Shown here piece by piece: positions 1-11,600 of a DNA stretch of 64,000 bases (positions within the stretch are counted from its first letter, which is position 1; each line of letters opens with the position of its first letter). Source of the DNA: Bacteroidia bacterium (GTDB taxonomy: Bacteria; Bacteroidota; Bacteroidia; UKL13-3). The notes below the pieces were generated by a model. That model was not told where the DNA came from and ran no database searches. It worked only from the letters and a program-made list of their open reading frames with translations. The stretch covers positions 471 to 64,470 of the forward strand of contig JACMQU010000028.1 of the NCBI GenBank assembly GCA_014376805.1. Direction: 5' to 3'. The position numbers were made by a program, and so were the translations under genes.

Positions 1-216
1 AATTTTTCATATAAATGTAATAGAGGAGAAAATTTCTCAGCAGGTAATATTTTCTACACTTATCTTTATTGAATGATAAATTTTTACACCTAATAATTTT
101 TTAAATTTCATAAATAAGATTGTATTTATTGCTGATAGGAGGTTTGATGCACGTGTGGAGTTTTTACTGGCATTATTAATGAAGTATAGGATATGAAAAT
201 TTAAAAACCAAAAAAA

Positions 217-795
217 ATGAAAACAACATTATTCAGTTTATTCCTTTTATCGATGTTCACGTTAACATCCTGCAGTGAATCTCCTAAACCAAAAGAAAGT
301 ACAGAAGTTGCAAATGATCAAAACGATGCTAAGATGAAAGACCATGACATGGCCAAAGATGCAGATTGGATGGTTAAAATCGCTGATGGTAATATGTTAG
401 AAATTGAACTTGGTAAACTTGCTGAGAAAAACGGGAAAATGAAAGAAGTTAAAGACTTTGGAAAAATGATGGTTGAACACCATACTAAACTTGGTGAAGA
501 ATGTAAAGGATTAGCAGCAAAGAAAAATGTTACACTGCCTGCTGCATTAGGTGATGACACCCATAAAATAATGGAAAAGTTATCCAATTTGGCTGGTCAT
601 GATTTTGATAAAGAATATATCAGTGTTATGATTGATGATCATGAAAAAGATATTAAGGAATTTGAAAGTAAGGCTGAAGAAATTGATGCAGATGCTGATT
701 TGAAAGCATGGGTAACTGCTAGTCTTCCTATCTTAAGATCACATTTGACTGAGATAAAAGCTATCAATGAGAAATGCAAAATGATGAAAAAATAA
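217..795 (+). CDS. DUF4142-family lipoprotein
   Basis: 192-aa ORF. Lipoprotein signal MKTTLFSLFLLSMFTLTSC (lipobox LTS-C). Duplicated helical pattern (MLEIELGKLAEKNG..MMVEHHTKL / YISVMIDDHEKDIKEF) as I remember for DUF4142. A hairpin terminator follows. Confidence 0.75.
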   Translation: MKTTLFSLFLLSMFTLTSCSESPKPKESTEVANDQNDAKMKDHDMAKDADWMVKIADGNMLEIELGKLAEKNGKMKEVKDFGKMMVEHHTKLGEECKGLAAKKNVTLPAALGDDTHKIMEKLSNLAGHDFDKEYISVMIDDHEKDIKEFESKAEEIDADADLKAWVTASLPILRSHLTEIKAINEKCKMMKK

Positions 796-821
796 TCGTT
801 GATTATTTTTCTGTAAGTAAT

Positions 822-859
822 TAATGGGGAAGTCAGAAATGAACTTCCCCATTATTTTT
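822..859 (+). terminator. Rho-independent terminator-like hairpin after the DUF4142 gene
   Basis: 12-bp perfect stem TAATGGGGAAGT / ACTTCCCCATTA (822-833 / 843-854), 9-nt loop, then TTTTT (855-859). Confidence 0.6.
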
Positions 860-899
860 ACGGTTAGGTAAAGGTGAAATAGTTAAGAGAAGGGTGATA

Positions 900-2880
900 G
901 CAAAACTTGGAGTTATTTTAAGAGGAAACAATTATACTTTGAAAGTATGGGAGTTTTAAATCCTGCAGTTTTACAATCAGGGAATTATGTTCACATATTT
1001 TACGGTGCATTTAGTAATGGAAATTTTCTACGTTGGATTATTGCAGTTTTGATGGTCCTACATAACTTGTTTATCGATGTTCTCAAATCGAATTGCCAGA
1101 GAAGGCAAAATAATTATTGTCCCCCGCGGAGTATATTTTGTTAAGTCTGTTGCCGACCGAAATTCATTGAAATTGAAATTAGCATTAGAAATAAAATTAT
1201 TCTTGGAACTTTTGTTTTAATAAGTTCAAATAATGAAATTGAAACCGCACTTGGTGCCATTGCTTAGATGCCGGATAAGCATAATATATTGCTTTTGATT
1301 ATGGGCAGGATACAAACTTGTGTGCTGAGGAAGGAATGAGAAAAATTCCGTGATTTTTTAATTCAAAAAACCGCTTAATTAAGTATTGAAGACAATGTTT
1401 TCTTAATCGATAAGAACTTAAAATTAAATGATTTTCTGACTTATTTAAAATTATTGGATATATTTTTGTTCACTTCAAAAGAACCTTTTCAGATAGTTAG
1501 CGGAACACTTAGTTATGCAATTGGTTCAGGCTGTATTGTTGTTTCTATGCCCATACCAGATGCAATTAAATCATTAAAAGAAGAAGTAGGGTATCTTTTT
1601 GATTTTGCTAACAGCACTCAATAAATTGAAATCATTTAATAATTTATTAATGATACGGAAAGACTGATGATTACGGTTTAAATGCTAGTTGAAAAGCAAT
1701 AAGTATTATATAAGACAATGTAGCTAATAAGTTAGCCCTGTTATTTAAAAAACATTTTCATAACAATAAACTTTTGGATAACCTGCCATCTATTCATCTT
1801 AATCATTTTTACAATCTTACAAATTTAAATGGTTCAGTTTCCCAATATGGGTGAGCCAGATCTTAACAGTGTTTATACCACCGATTATAATGCCCGTTCA
1901 CAATATGTTCAAACCCTGTTTAATGTGCTTTATCCTAATGTTGTTTTCACCAAAAACTATTTTGCTATTTATCTCAATTTTTAAGAAGGGGCTTTAACCC
2001 CTCCCAAGGTCATTTCTTAAATTATGTTGATCAGAAAGGAGCGTATACCCTTCAGAACTTCAGTCAAAATTTTGATCAGAATAAGACCAGAGCATTTGTA
2101 GCATTATGTCGATTTGTTTACAGCAAAGGTGTTAACAGTGGTCTGTAAATGCAAGGCTTACGATTATTGAAAAAATGCAGTAAATATATTTACCAGGTTA
2201 AATCTTCCCGCTCTGTTGCAAAATTAATAAAAGGCTTATATTTTTTGGACCTTAATAAGAAGGATGATTTTTATATCAAATCTATCAAAAAAATTATCGA
2301 CAGAGTTGATAAGAATTTATAATATTACTGCAGATCTTAACTGGAGTTGGTTCAAACCTTATCTGACCTATAGCAACAGTTCAATAACTGAAGGACTTAT
2401 TTATGGATACCTTTTTACCAACGACTCAGCATGTAAAAACATCCCCTTATTTTCTTTTGATTTTTTAATTCAGAGAACAATTTCATCAGAACGCATTAGG
2501 GTAATTTCAAATAATGGCCATCTAAAATATGGTGAGCATTACGCAGATAAATACGGTTAACAGCCAATGGAGATCGCCGCAATGCCCGAGGCGTTACATC
2601 TTTTCTATCAGACTACCGGCGAAATTCGACATAAATAATATAGGAGTACTGCTTTTTCAAGGTTTTTGGGTAATAATCATTTACAATAAATGGTTTATAA
2701 TCCTATATCAGGTAGTTGCCATGCTTAGTGTTGAAGAAGGTGACTTATATATAAACCAGGGGAGTTGAATTAACCTTGTCTTATATCATTTCCAAATTAA
2801 CAATGGATACGCTTAAAGCAGACGAAATAAGTATTTCTGACTTACTTAAAAACCAGGAAAACAAATCTTTTCATAAATAA
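900..2880 (+). pseudogene. Decayed two-domain glycosyltransferase (GT1/GT4-type core plus C-terminal helical domain), 5'-truncated with many frameshifts and stops
   Basis: Fragments in all three + frames read as one protein. They are VHIFYGAFSNGNF (cf. QHEFGLFGG), LKLLDIFLFTSKEPFQIVSGTLSYAIGSGCIVVSMPIPDA (GT1 C-terminal core), WSWFKPYLTYSNSSITEGLIYGY, IRVISNNG, and NQG..ELTLSYIISKLTMD ending at the TAA at 2878-2880. ORF-track ORFs 947..1144, 2264..2560 and 2529..2768 are pieces of it. Confidence 0.65.
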
Positions 2881-3021
2881 TTTTTTTATTATTAATTAAA
2901 TTCATATATTTACATTTGTCGTTTTTAATGCCATTTTAATGAATTGACAAAATACTTTTTAACTATTTGATTACATCTATTATTTGGAAGTTTAGATGAA
3001 ATCAATTTTTATGAAAACATA

Positions 3022-4242
3022 ATGATATCGAAAAAAAATATTCCATTAACAATTACTCAGAAGCATAATGCTGAAAAGAAAGAGTTAAATGAAATTATAC
3101 TTAAGAAGAGTGAAGAGTTAAGTGTTGCGATTAAAGAAATTGCGTCATATAATGACGAGAAAGAAAAACGTGCAGCTCAGTTAATTATAACTAATATAGA
3201 ACAGGTTCTTCAAAGTGAGGAGAAAGGTAAACGTGCAGCAGAACTTGTAATTGCAAATGTTGAATTAGCTTTTCAAAATGATGAAAAGGGGAAAAGAGCG
3301 GCTGAATTACTTATCGCAAATATTGAGTTAGCTTTTCAAAACGAAGAAAAGAGAAAAAGAGCGGCAGAACTTGTTATCGCCAATATTGAACTTGCGTTTC
3401 AAAACAAGGAGAAAAGTAAGCGTGCAACTGAGTTGGCAATAGCCAATGTTGCGTTAGCATTCCAGATTAAAGAAAAAGGTTTAAGGGCTTCCGAATTATT
3501 AAATGTTCATAAAGAATATAATCTTCAAAACGAAGAGAAAGATAAAAAGGCTTTCGATTTACAATTAGTAAATAAGGAACTGGAGGAGTTCGCTTATATT
3601 GCCTCGCATGATCTGCAACAGCCCTTGCGAACTGTTTCAAACTACATGGGTTTATTCGAAAAAAAATATTTGAATCAATTAGATGATGACGCGCAGAAAT
3701 ACCTTGATACCGTTAAAAATGCTACCAAACGAATGAGTATTTTGATAAAGTCTCTTTTAACATTTTCTCAGGTAGGTCATAATAAAAAATTAGTTTCTGT
3801 TAATTGTACAGAACTTATTAATGAAGTATTAGGTGATCTTGCCTCTTTAATTAAAGAAACAAACGCTAAAATTGAAGTTGGCATAATGCCTTCACTTAAT
3901 GTTTATGATTCTGAAATGAGACAATTATTTCAAAATTTAATTACAAATGCAATTAAATTTCAAAAGAAAAATACGATTCCTAAAATAAAAATTTCTTCAA
4001 AGAAAGTAACTGATAAATGGGAGTTTTGCATAAATGATAACGGAATTGGCATCAACCAAATTTATTTCCATAAAATATTCGATATTTTCGAACGATTACA
4101 TGGAAACTCAGAATATGAAGGCAGTGGAATAGGCTTAGCTAATTGTAAAAAAATTGTACAACTTCACAATGGTGAAATCTGGCTTGAATCTAATCCGGGA
4201 CAGGGTACTAGTTTTTACTTTACCATTCCCATCCTTACTTAA
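3022..4242 (+). CDS. Soluble histidine kinase: coiled-coil repeat N-terminus + HisKA + HATPase_c
   Basis: 406 aa. H-box FAYIASHDLQQPLRT. N/G boxes LFQNLITNAIKF, NDNGIGI, GSGIGLANCKKIV. No hydrophobic TM segment and no PAS/GAF recognisable upstream of the H-box. Confidence 0.9.
   Translation: MISKKNIPLTITQKHNAEKKELNEIILKKSEELSVAIKEIASYNDEKEKRAAQLIITNIEQVLQSEEKGKRAAELVIANVELAFQNDEKGKRAAELLIANIELAFQNEEKRKRAAELVIANIELAFQNKEKSKRATELAIANVALAFQIKEKGLRASELLNVHKEYNLQNEEKDKKAFDLQLVNKELEEFAYIASHDLQQPLRTVSNYMGLFEKKYLNQLDDDAQKYLDTVKNATKRMSILIKSLLTFSQVGHNKKLVSVNCTELINEVLGDLASLIKETNAKIEVGIMPSLNVYDSEMRQLFQNLITNAIKFQKKNTIPKIKISSKKVTDKWEFCINDNGIGINQIYFHKIFDIFERLHGNSEYEGSGIGLANCKKIVQLHNGEIWLESNPGQGTSFYFTIPILT
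3157..3597 (+). repeat. 7 tandem 63-bp (21-aa) coding repeats, consensus EKGKRAAEL[VL]IAN[VI]ELAFQN[DE]
   Basis: Protein residues 46-192. Units: EKEKRAAQLIITNIEQVLQSE, EKGKRAAELVIANVELAFQND, EKGKRAAELLIANIELAFQNE, EKRKRAAELVIANIELAFQNK, EKSKRATELAIANVALAFQIK, EKGLRASELLNVHKEYNLQNE, EKDKKAFDLQLVNKELEEFAY. The array runs directly into the H-box. Confidence 0.85.
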
Positions 4243-4302
4243 ATTTACCAATTTGAAGATATATTACAACCCTAAATATATAAACGCTAACTCATAATTC
4301 AT

Positions 4303-4349
4303 ATCACCCATCACCCATCTCTCATCTCATCTCTCATCACCCATCGGCC
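4303..4349. repeat. Heptamer-phased ATCNNNC tract between convergent stop codons
   Basis: ATCACCC ATCACCC ATCTCTC ATCTC ATCTCTC ATCACCC ATCGGCC. The + strand has no G from about 4291 to 4345. Confidence 0.5.
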
Positions 4350-4357
4350 ATTTTTAT

Positions 4358-5626
4358 TTATATTGTTTTTACAGGCTGATTGATTTCTTTCTTATTTGAG
4401 CTCAAAGGGAGGGAGACAATAAATGTTGAACCCTCATTCACTTTACTTTTGGCTGAAATGAAGCCTTTATGATCTTCAACTATTTTTTTGCATAGTGCAA
4501 GCCCAATACCGGTGCCTTCAAATTCTCCATTAGAATGCAAACGTTTAAACATTCCAAAGATTTGTTCAGCATATTTCTGTTCAAATCCAATACCGTTGTC
4601 TTCAAAATATATCCTGCAATACTTATTACCCGAACCATCATTTTTATTTTCGTTATAATTGGATTCTGCATAAACTTTAATAACAGGCGATGAATTTTTT
4701 TTCCTGTATTTTATTGCATTTCCAATAAGGTTGTGGAAGAGCGACCTGATTAGCCCCGGGTTTACTTCCAGGTAAGGCAACTGATCTACCTGCACCGTTG
4801 TATTTGTTTCTTTTACCTGAGAGTCATATTCAGATAAAACATCCTCCAATAAACTATTGAGGCTACTTTTTTCAAAGGCTTTTTTCTCAACAGATATTTT
4901 AGAAAAGGTTAGTATGTCTTTAATGAGGGTTTGCATCCGCTCTCCTGCATTTTGAATTCTATCTATATACAATTTACCCTCTACATCAAAAATATTCTGA
5001 TACCTTAAAAAAAGCTTGTCACTGAACATCCTGATCTTTCTGAGCGGTTCTTGCAAATCATGAGAAGCCATAAACGCAAACCGGTCTAATTCTTTGTTTG
5101 CTGATTCAAGACGGTCAACACTTTCCAATAACTGATAATTAAGTACTTTAATTTTTTCCTGAGATTTTTTTTGTTCATTTATTTCAGCTTCCAGATTTTT
5201 GTTAATCGCAATAAGTTTTTGTTCCTGTGCAAGTAACCTATAGTTCTTTTTATAGAGTTCAACAAAAACCGAAACCTTTGCTTTTAAAAGAATCTGGTTA
5301 ATAGGTTTATAAATATAATCTACAGCACCTGCCTTATAACCCCTAAATATATGCTCATCGCTATAACTGTTTGCCGTGATAAAAATGATAGGTATATGTC
5401 TTAGTTTTTCGCGTTCATAAATAAGCGAAGCAGTTTCAAACCCGCTAAGGTTAGGCATTTGAACATCCATCAGAATTAGAGCAAAATCAAATTCTGTAAG
5501 GAGAATTTTTAATGCTTCTCTTCCAGAGAGTGCTTTCATAAAAATATATCCTTCGGGTTCAAGAACAGATTCTATGGAAAGCAGGTTGTCCGCACGATCA
5601 TCTACAAGTAATATTTTAGGCTGCAT
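4358..5626 (-). CDS. Hybrid response-regulator/histidine kinase (REC + coiled coil + HisKA + HATPase_c)
   Basis: 422 aa. REC motifs: ILLVDDRADN, LILMDVQMPNLSG, IIFITAN, YIYKP. H-box FAFMASHDLQEPLRK. ATP-lid GTGIGLALCKKIV. Starts 10 bp downstream of the giant kinase gene on the same strand. Confidence 0.9.
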   Translation of the reverse strand: MQPKILLVDDRADNLLSIESVLEPEGYIFMKALSGREALKILLTEFDFALILMDVQMPNLSGFETASLIYEREKLRHIPIIFITANSYSDEHIFRGYKAGAVDYIYKPINQILLKAKVSVFVELYKKNYRLLAQEQKLIAINKNLEAEINEQKKSQEKIKVLNYQLLESVDRLESANKELDRFAFMASHDLQEPLRKIRMFSDKLFLRYQNIFDVEGKLYIDRIQNAGERMQTLIKDILTFSKISVEKKAFEKSSLNSLLEDVLSEYDSQVKETNTTVQVDQLPYLEVNPGLIRSLFHNLIGNAIKYRKKNSSPVIKVYAESNYNENKNDGSGNKYCRIYFEDNGIGFEQKYAEQIFGMFKRLHSNGEFEGTGIGLALCKKIVEDHKGFISAKSKVNEGSTFIVSLPLSSNKKEINQPVKTI

Positions 5627-5636
5627 TTATTTAATT

Positions 5637-8600
5637 TTATTTGTAAAACCAAACCCTCATCAAAGATAAAAGCTGATCAATTTTTAATGGTTTAGTAATA
5701 TAATCTGATGCACCTGCTTCAATACATTTTTGTCTGTCGCCCTTCATCGCTTTCGCGGTAACGGCAATAATAGGGAGTGATGTATTTTTGTGCTCTCTTC
5801 TTATCTTCTGTGTTGTCTCATAACCATCCATTTCCGGCATCATAATATCCATTAATACCATTTCAACTTTTGGATTGTCATTGAGAATCTGAATAGCTTC
5901 CTTACCACTCTCTGCCGTAATAACATTGATATTGTATCGTTCAAAAACCGTGGTTAATGCAAACAGGTTACGCACATCATCATCCACTACAAGAATATAT
6001 TTACCGGTAAGAATGTCTTCTTTCATTCTGATGTTTTCAATTACCTTCCTCTTTTCAGGGGCCAGGTCCTTATGGTTGATATGAAGCTGCAATACAGTTT
6101 CTTCAAGCAGGTGTTCAATTGATTTTACGCCTTTCATAACAACAGTATTCGAGTTGTTATGAATCATATTCAATTCGCTTTTGTTAAAATCTTTAGCGGA
6201 ATAAACAATAATTGGTGTTAAATTTTTCTTATTTTCAGTTACTTGTCTAATCATTTCTGCTCCATCAATATCTGGTAATGTATAGTCGAGAATGATACAA
6301 TCAAATTCTTTTTTAGGAAGTAATTTCAGTGCCTTTTTACCGTTTGATGCAATCGTAACCTGTATATTATCACCATTCAGAATTTTGCTTATTTGTGATG
6401 AATCCAGTACATTGTCTTCTATCACTAATAATTGTTTCAGTTTCTTTTTATTATAAGTAATAATATCAGTGAACAATTCATTCAGCGAGTCGTTTTCAAG
6501 TGGCTTCAAATGGAAACTCCTTGCACCTCGTTTTAATGCGAGTATTTTATTCTCCTCCCCTGAAATCAGGTGGATGGGTATATGCCTGTAGTTAAGGTCG
6601 TTTCTTAACAAATCTAATACTCTCCATCCGCTTGTATCAGGTAATTTTACATCCAGTGTGATAGCGATAGGGGAGTAGCGGTTTATAAAATCAAAAACCT
6701 CTATATAACTTACCGCAACAATTGCTTTCAACCCTTCTTTATGCGCTTTTTCTACTACAATTTTTCCAAAACGAAGATCGTCTTCAACAATCAGAACCAG
6801 CTTATCATTCAACTGTATATTGTTTCTATCATCTCCGGAATCATTCAGCATTTCATTCACCAATGCTTTTGATTCAATGCCATCACTGGTAACCCTTATA
6901 GAGCTTAGCAATGTATCCATGCTAGTATTTTCTGTTGCCAGTTGTTGTAATTGCTGATAGGCACTTATATTCTCTGATTTATCCATTGCGGCTATGCCTG
7001 TAGCATTTTCAATGGGTAGAAATAAAGTAAAGGTACTTCCATTTCCCGGATTGCTTTCCAGTTCAATGGTGCCTCCTAAAAGTTCTGCCAAACCACGACT
7101 AATAGAGAGCCCTAATCCTGTGCCTCCATATTTACGACTTGTTGAACCCTCTGCCTGCTGAAATGCTTCAAAGATGATATTCTGCTTTTCCACCGGAATA
7201 CCAATACCTGTATCACTAATTGCAAATGCAACAATTCTCTTTGAACCTTCAAGGGCAATATTTGCTAACTTCGGATTGTTTTTAGCTTCATAAATACGCA
7301 ACTTTACTTCTCCTTTTTCAGTAAACTTGAAAGAGTTCGATAAGAGGTTTTTTAAAATCTGGTTCAACCTTTGTAAATCTGTTTCCATCATATCCGGAAG
7401 CTTTGTATCTGTTTCGATATTGAATTTAAGATGTCTGGCTTCAGAAATAGGTTTAAAGGTTGTTTCAACAAAACCTGCAATCTCAGAGAAGCGAACAGAA
7501 GAGAAATTAGCTGAGATAAATCCTGATTCAATCTTCGATAAATCAAGAATGTCATTAATCAGTTGAATCAGGTCATCACCACAAGAGTGAATTGTTTTAG
7601 CATACCGGATCTGTTTGTCATTTAAGTTCCCATCAGCATTTTCATAAAGCTGTTGGGCAAGAATCAGTAAACTGTTTAAAGGAGTTCGCAACTCATGCGA
7701 CATGTTCGCAAGGAATTCCGATTTATACTTCGAGGTAAGTGTTAACTGTTCTGCTTTTTCTTCCAGTGACCGTCTTGCTTCTTCTACCTCTTTGTTCTTA
7801 GCTTCCACTTCATTCTTTTGTTTAACAAGTAACAAGGCTTTGTCCTGTAATTCATCATTGGTTCTACTCAACTCTTCCTGCTGAATCTTTAACTCTCCTG
7901 CAAGAGACTGTGACTGGGCAAGTAATTCTTCTGTACGGGAATTGGTTTCAATAGTGTTCAACACAATACCAATACTTTCTGTAAGCTGACTTAAAAAATC
8001 CAAGTGAGTTTGGCTAAATGCATCTAGTGATGCCAGTTCAATTACTGCTTTTACATTGTTTTCAAACAACACCGGCAGTACAATTAGGCTTGATGGTTTA
8101 GCTTTTCCCAATCCGGAATTTATCTTAATATAATCGCCCGGGACATTAGAAATCAGAATCCTTTCTTTTTCAAATGCACATTGTCCAACTAAGCCTTCAC
8201 CAATCGCAAATTCTTTAGGGATATTTTTTTCTGATTTATAAGCGTAAGCTGCAAATAGGTTCAACTTAACACTTCCAGTTTCTTCATCTTGTTTTAAAAT
8301 ATAGAATGCACCGTATCGTGCTGTTACTACTTGTGCAAGCTCAGAGAGAATTCGTTTAGTTACAGTATTCAGATCTTTCTGTCCTTGCAACATCTGAGTG
8401 AACTTGGCAAGATTAGATTTAAGCCAATCTTGTTCCTGGTTTAATAATGTTGTTTCCCGAAGATTGGTAATCATCTGGTTAATGGTATCCTTCAAAGCTT
8501 CCACTTCACCTTTGGCTTCTAGACGAATATTTCTGGTTAAATCTCCTTTGGTTACCGCCGATGCTACCTCTGAAATAGAACGTACCTGCGTTGTTAAATT

Positions 8601-11600
8601 CTCTGCAAGCTGGTTCACATTCTCCGTTAAGTTTTTCCAGATACCTGAAGCTCCCGGTACATTCGCTTGTCCACCTAATCTGCCTTCAACACCTACCTCA
8701 CGTGCCACATTTGTTACCTGATCGGCAAATACGGCAAGGGTTTCAATCATTTCATTAATAGTATCTGTTAACTGTGCTACCTCGCCTTTGGCGTTGATGG
8801 AAAGTTTTTGTCGAAGGTTACCTGTTGCTACTGAGGTAACCACTTTTGCAATACCCCGCACCTGTGAAGTAAGATTGGATGCCATCATGTTCACAGAGTC
8901 TGTTAAATCTTTCCATGTACCAGCCACACCTTTTACCTCTGCCTGTCCTCCAAGTTTTCCTTCAGTACCAACCTCACGAGCCACACGGGTTACTTCAAAT
9001 GCAAATAAGTTAAGTTGCTCCACCATCGTATTAATCGTGTTCTTTAAATCCAGGATCTCTCCTTTAACATCGATAGTCACTGTTTTAGATAAGTCGCCGG
9101 ATGCCACCGCTTTAGTAACTTCGGCAATGTTACGCACCTGCGCTGTGAGGTTACTTGTCATCTGATTTACAGAGTCTGTTAAATCTTTCCATGTACCTGC
9201 TACACCCGGCACAAATGCATATCCTCCAAGCTTACCATCTGTACCTACCTCACGTGCCACACGCGTTACCTCCGATGCAAACGCACGAAGCTGATCCACC
9301 ATCGTATTTAATGTTTCTTTCAACTGAAGAATTTCACCGCGTACATCCACGGTAATTTTTTTCGACATATCTCCTTTAGCCACGGCAATTGCCACATCTG
9401 CAATATTCCTAACCTGATCAGTAAGGTTGCCTGCCATTTGGTTTACCGAGTCTGTTAAATCTTTCCATGTTCCCGCAACACCCGGTACATTTGCCTGTCC
9501 GCCAAGTTTACCTTCTGTGCCTACCTCCCGAGCCACACGGGTTACTTCTGATGCAAAACCACGAAGTTGATCCACCATCGTATTGATCGTATTCTTCAAC
9601 TCCAGAATCTCACCTTTTACATCTACCCCAATTTTACGAGATAAGTCACCATTTGCAACTGCTGTTGTTACCTCCGCAATATTCCTTACCTGTGATGTAA
9701 GATTAGATGCCATTTTATTTACTGAATCTGTTAAATCTTTCCATGTTCCTGCAACGCCAGGAACGTCGGCCTGTCCGCCTAATTTTCCTTCTGAACCTAC
9801 TTCCCTTGCCACACGCGTTACCTCCGATCCAAATGAATTCAATTGATCCACCATCGTATTTATCGTGTTCTTGAGTTCAAGAATCTCACCTCTTACATCC
9901 ACCGTAATTTTACGCGATAAGTCTCCTTTGGCCACCGCCGTTGTTACTTCTGCAATATTCCTTACCTGTGCAGTAAGGTTTGATCCCATCTGGTTTACTG
10001 AGTCGGTTAAATCTTTCCATACACCACCAACACCTTCCACCGTTGCTTGTCCACCTAGTTTTCCTTCTGAACCTACTTCTCTTGCCACGCGCGTTACTTC
10101 AGAGCCGAATGAGTTAAGCTGATCCACCATCGTATTGATCGTGTTTTTTAATTCAAGAATTTCACCCTGCACATCCACTGTTATTTTACGTGATAAGTCA
10201 CCCTTCGCTACCGCCGTTGTTACTTCTGCAATATTCCTTACCTGCGAGGTAAGATTGGATGCCATCTTATTTACTGAATCTGTTAAATCTTTCCATGTTC
10301 CACCTACACCCGGCACATCTGCTTGTCCTCCAAGTTTCCCTTCTGATCCTACCTCACGTGCAACACGCGTCACCTCCGAACCAAAAGAGTTCAACTGATC
10401 CACCATCGTATTGATCGTGTTCTTCAGCTCAAGAATTTCTCCTTTTACATCCACCGTAATTTTACGGGATAAATCTCCTTTTGCCACTGCCGTTGTTACC
10501 TCAGCAATATTCCGTACCTGACCAGTTAAGTTACTGGCCATACCGTTCACACTATCTGTTAAGTCTTTCCAGGTGCCTGCTACGCCTTTAACCTGAGCCT
10601 GGCCACCTAACTTACCTTCAGTACCTACTTCGAGCGCCACACGCGTTACTTCCGATGAGAATGAGTTCAACTGATCCACCATGGTGTTAATCGTGTTCTT
10701 TAACTCAAGGATTTCTCCTTTTACATCCACTGTAATCTTGCGGGATAAGTCACCCTTTGCCACTGCCGTTGTTACTTCGGCAATGTTACGCACCTGGGCA
10801 GTAAGGTTTGATCCCATTTGGTTTACCGAGTCTGTGAGATCTTTCCACACTCCACCTACACCTTTCACTTTAGCCTGTCCGCCAAGTTTTCCTTCCGAAC
10901 CTACTTCTCTCGCCACACGTGTTACCTCTGATGAGAATGAATTTAACTGATCCACCATCGTATTAATTGTATTCTTTAATTCAAGAATTTCTCCTTTTAC
11001 ATCCACCGTTATCTGCCGTGATAAATCTCCTTTTGCCACAGCCGTTGTAACCTCTGCAATATTCCTTACTTGTCCGGTAAGATTAGATGCCATTTGATTC
11101 ACGGAATCTGTTAAATCCTTCCATGTACCGGCTACTCCTTTTACCTGTGCCTGTCCTCCCAATTTACCTTCAGTACCAACTTCAAGTGCCACACGCGTTA
11201 CCTCAGATGAGAATGAGTTGAGCTGATCAACCATCGTATTAATTGTGTTCTTAAGTTCAAGAATTTCTCCTTTTACATCTACCGTAATTTTTTTGGAAAG
11301 GTCACCCTTTGCCACGGCTGTTGTTACCTCAGCTATGTTCCTTACCTGTGCTGTAAGGTTTGAACCCATCTGATTTACGGAGTCTGTTAAATCTTTCCAT
11401 ACACCTGCTACACCTTTTACTTTTGCTTGTCCCCCAAGTTTACCTTCAGAACCTACTTCCCGAGCCACACGGGTTACCTCCATAGAAAATAAATTCAACT
11501 GTTTTACCATGTCATTTACTTCTTTGGCAATTCGGGCAAATTCACCTTGCAAGGCATGTCCACCAATTTCCTGAGGCATCTTCTGCGAGAGATTTCCTTT

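Noticed and set aside
947-2768. ORFs 947..1144, 2264..2560 and 2529..2768 as independent small genes.
   Set aside because: Each is a fragment of the same decayed glycosyltransferase reading across three frames, so I report them together as one pseudogene.
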